A stretch of 64,000 nucleotides of DNA from NCBI GenBank assembly GCA_050950765.1, contig JBMNIF010000002.1:1024001-1088000 (forward strand), in the 5' to 3' direction. Every line of letters begins with the position of its first letter. Position 1 is the first letter of the stretch. A program made the translations under genes and the position numbers. Of the stretch, positions 63,850-64,000 are shown in pieces. The notes below the pieces were generated by a model. The model saw nothing but the letters and a program-made list of their open reading frames with translations, searched no databases and was not told where the DNA came from. The DNA is from Bdellovibrionota bacterium (lineage in GTDB: Bacteria; Bdellovibrionota_C; UBA2361; JAAYZI01).

Positions 63850-64000
63850 ATGCCGTCTAAACGATTAGCCAAGAGGGCTGTGGTAAAGAAGGTTAATGTT
63901 GCCAGAAGATCTGCTTTAAAAAAGGGAGATCTTGTGATGGTGATCGCTGGTGGTAACAAAGATACTCGTCCTATTAAGGGGCAGGTTGGGAGGATTCTCG
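63850..64000 (+). CDS. rplX: 50S ribosomal protein L24, 3'-truncated by window edge
   Basis: Translates as MPSKRLAK...LKKGDLVMVIAGG...KGQVG (KOW motif); follows rplN. Confidence 0.9.
   Translation, partial: MPSKRLAKRAVVKKVNVARRSALKKGDLVMVIAGGNKDTRPIKGQVGRIL

Overview
This is a bacterial chromosomal window whose core proteins look Deltaproteobacteria-like (inference; no search was run). Most of it is housekeeping. It holds nnr-tsaE, a tRNA cluster followed by secE-nusG-rplKAJL-rpoBC, and the purine genes purH, purD, purL and purA. It also holds gdhA, the rimP-nusA-infB-rbfA-truB operon, the str operon (rpsL-rpsG-fusA-tuf), the S10 operon and the start of the spc operon, and seven tRNAs. The main candidate novel system lies at about 1.45-5.6 kb: four ~150-175 aa, highly diverged, unannotated minus-strand ORFs arranged like cassettes. 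They sit between conserved, structured non-coding modules: a ~255 bp repeat, an exact 19 bp motif at each 3' end, covarying leader hairpins, 5'/3' inverted complementarity, and a 16 bp direct repeat flanking one unit. Other notable items are a receiver-domain-LpxC fusion, a dispersed ~74 bp tandem repeat family that starts at stop codons, a SprT-like protease with a duplicated clamp-binding-like C-terminus, an EF-Tu with a non-canonical switch I, an MreB with an actin-like Gln, an orphan nuoA, and a tRNA-Arg-linked repeat. All alignments and counts were done by eye.
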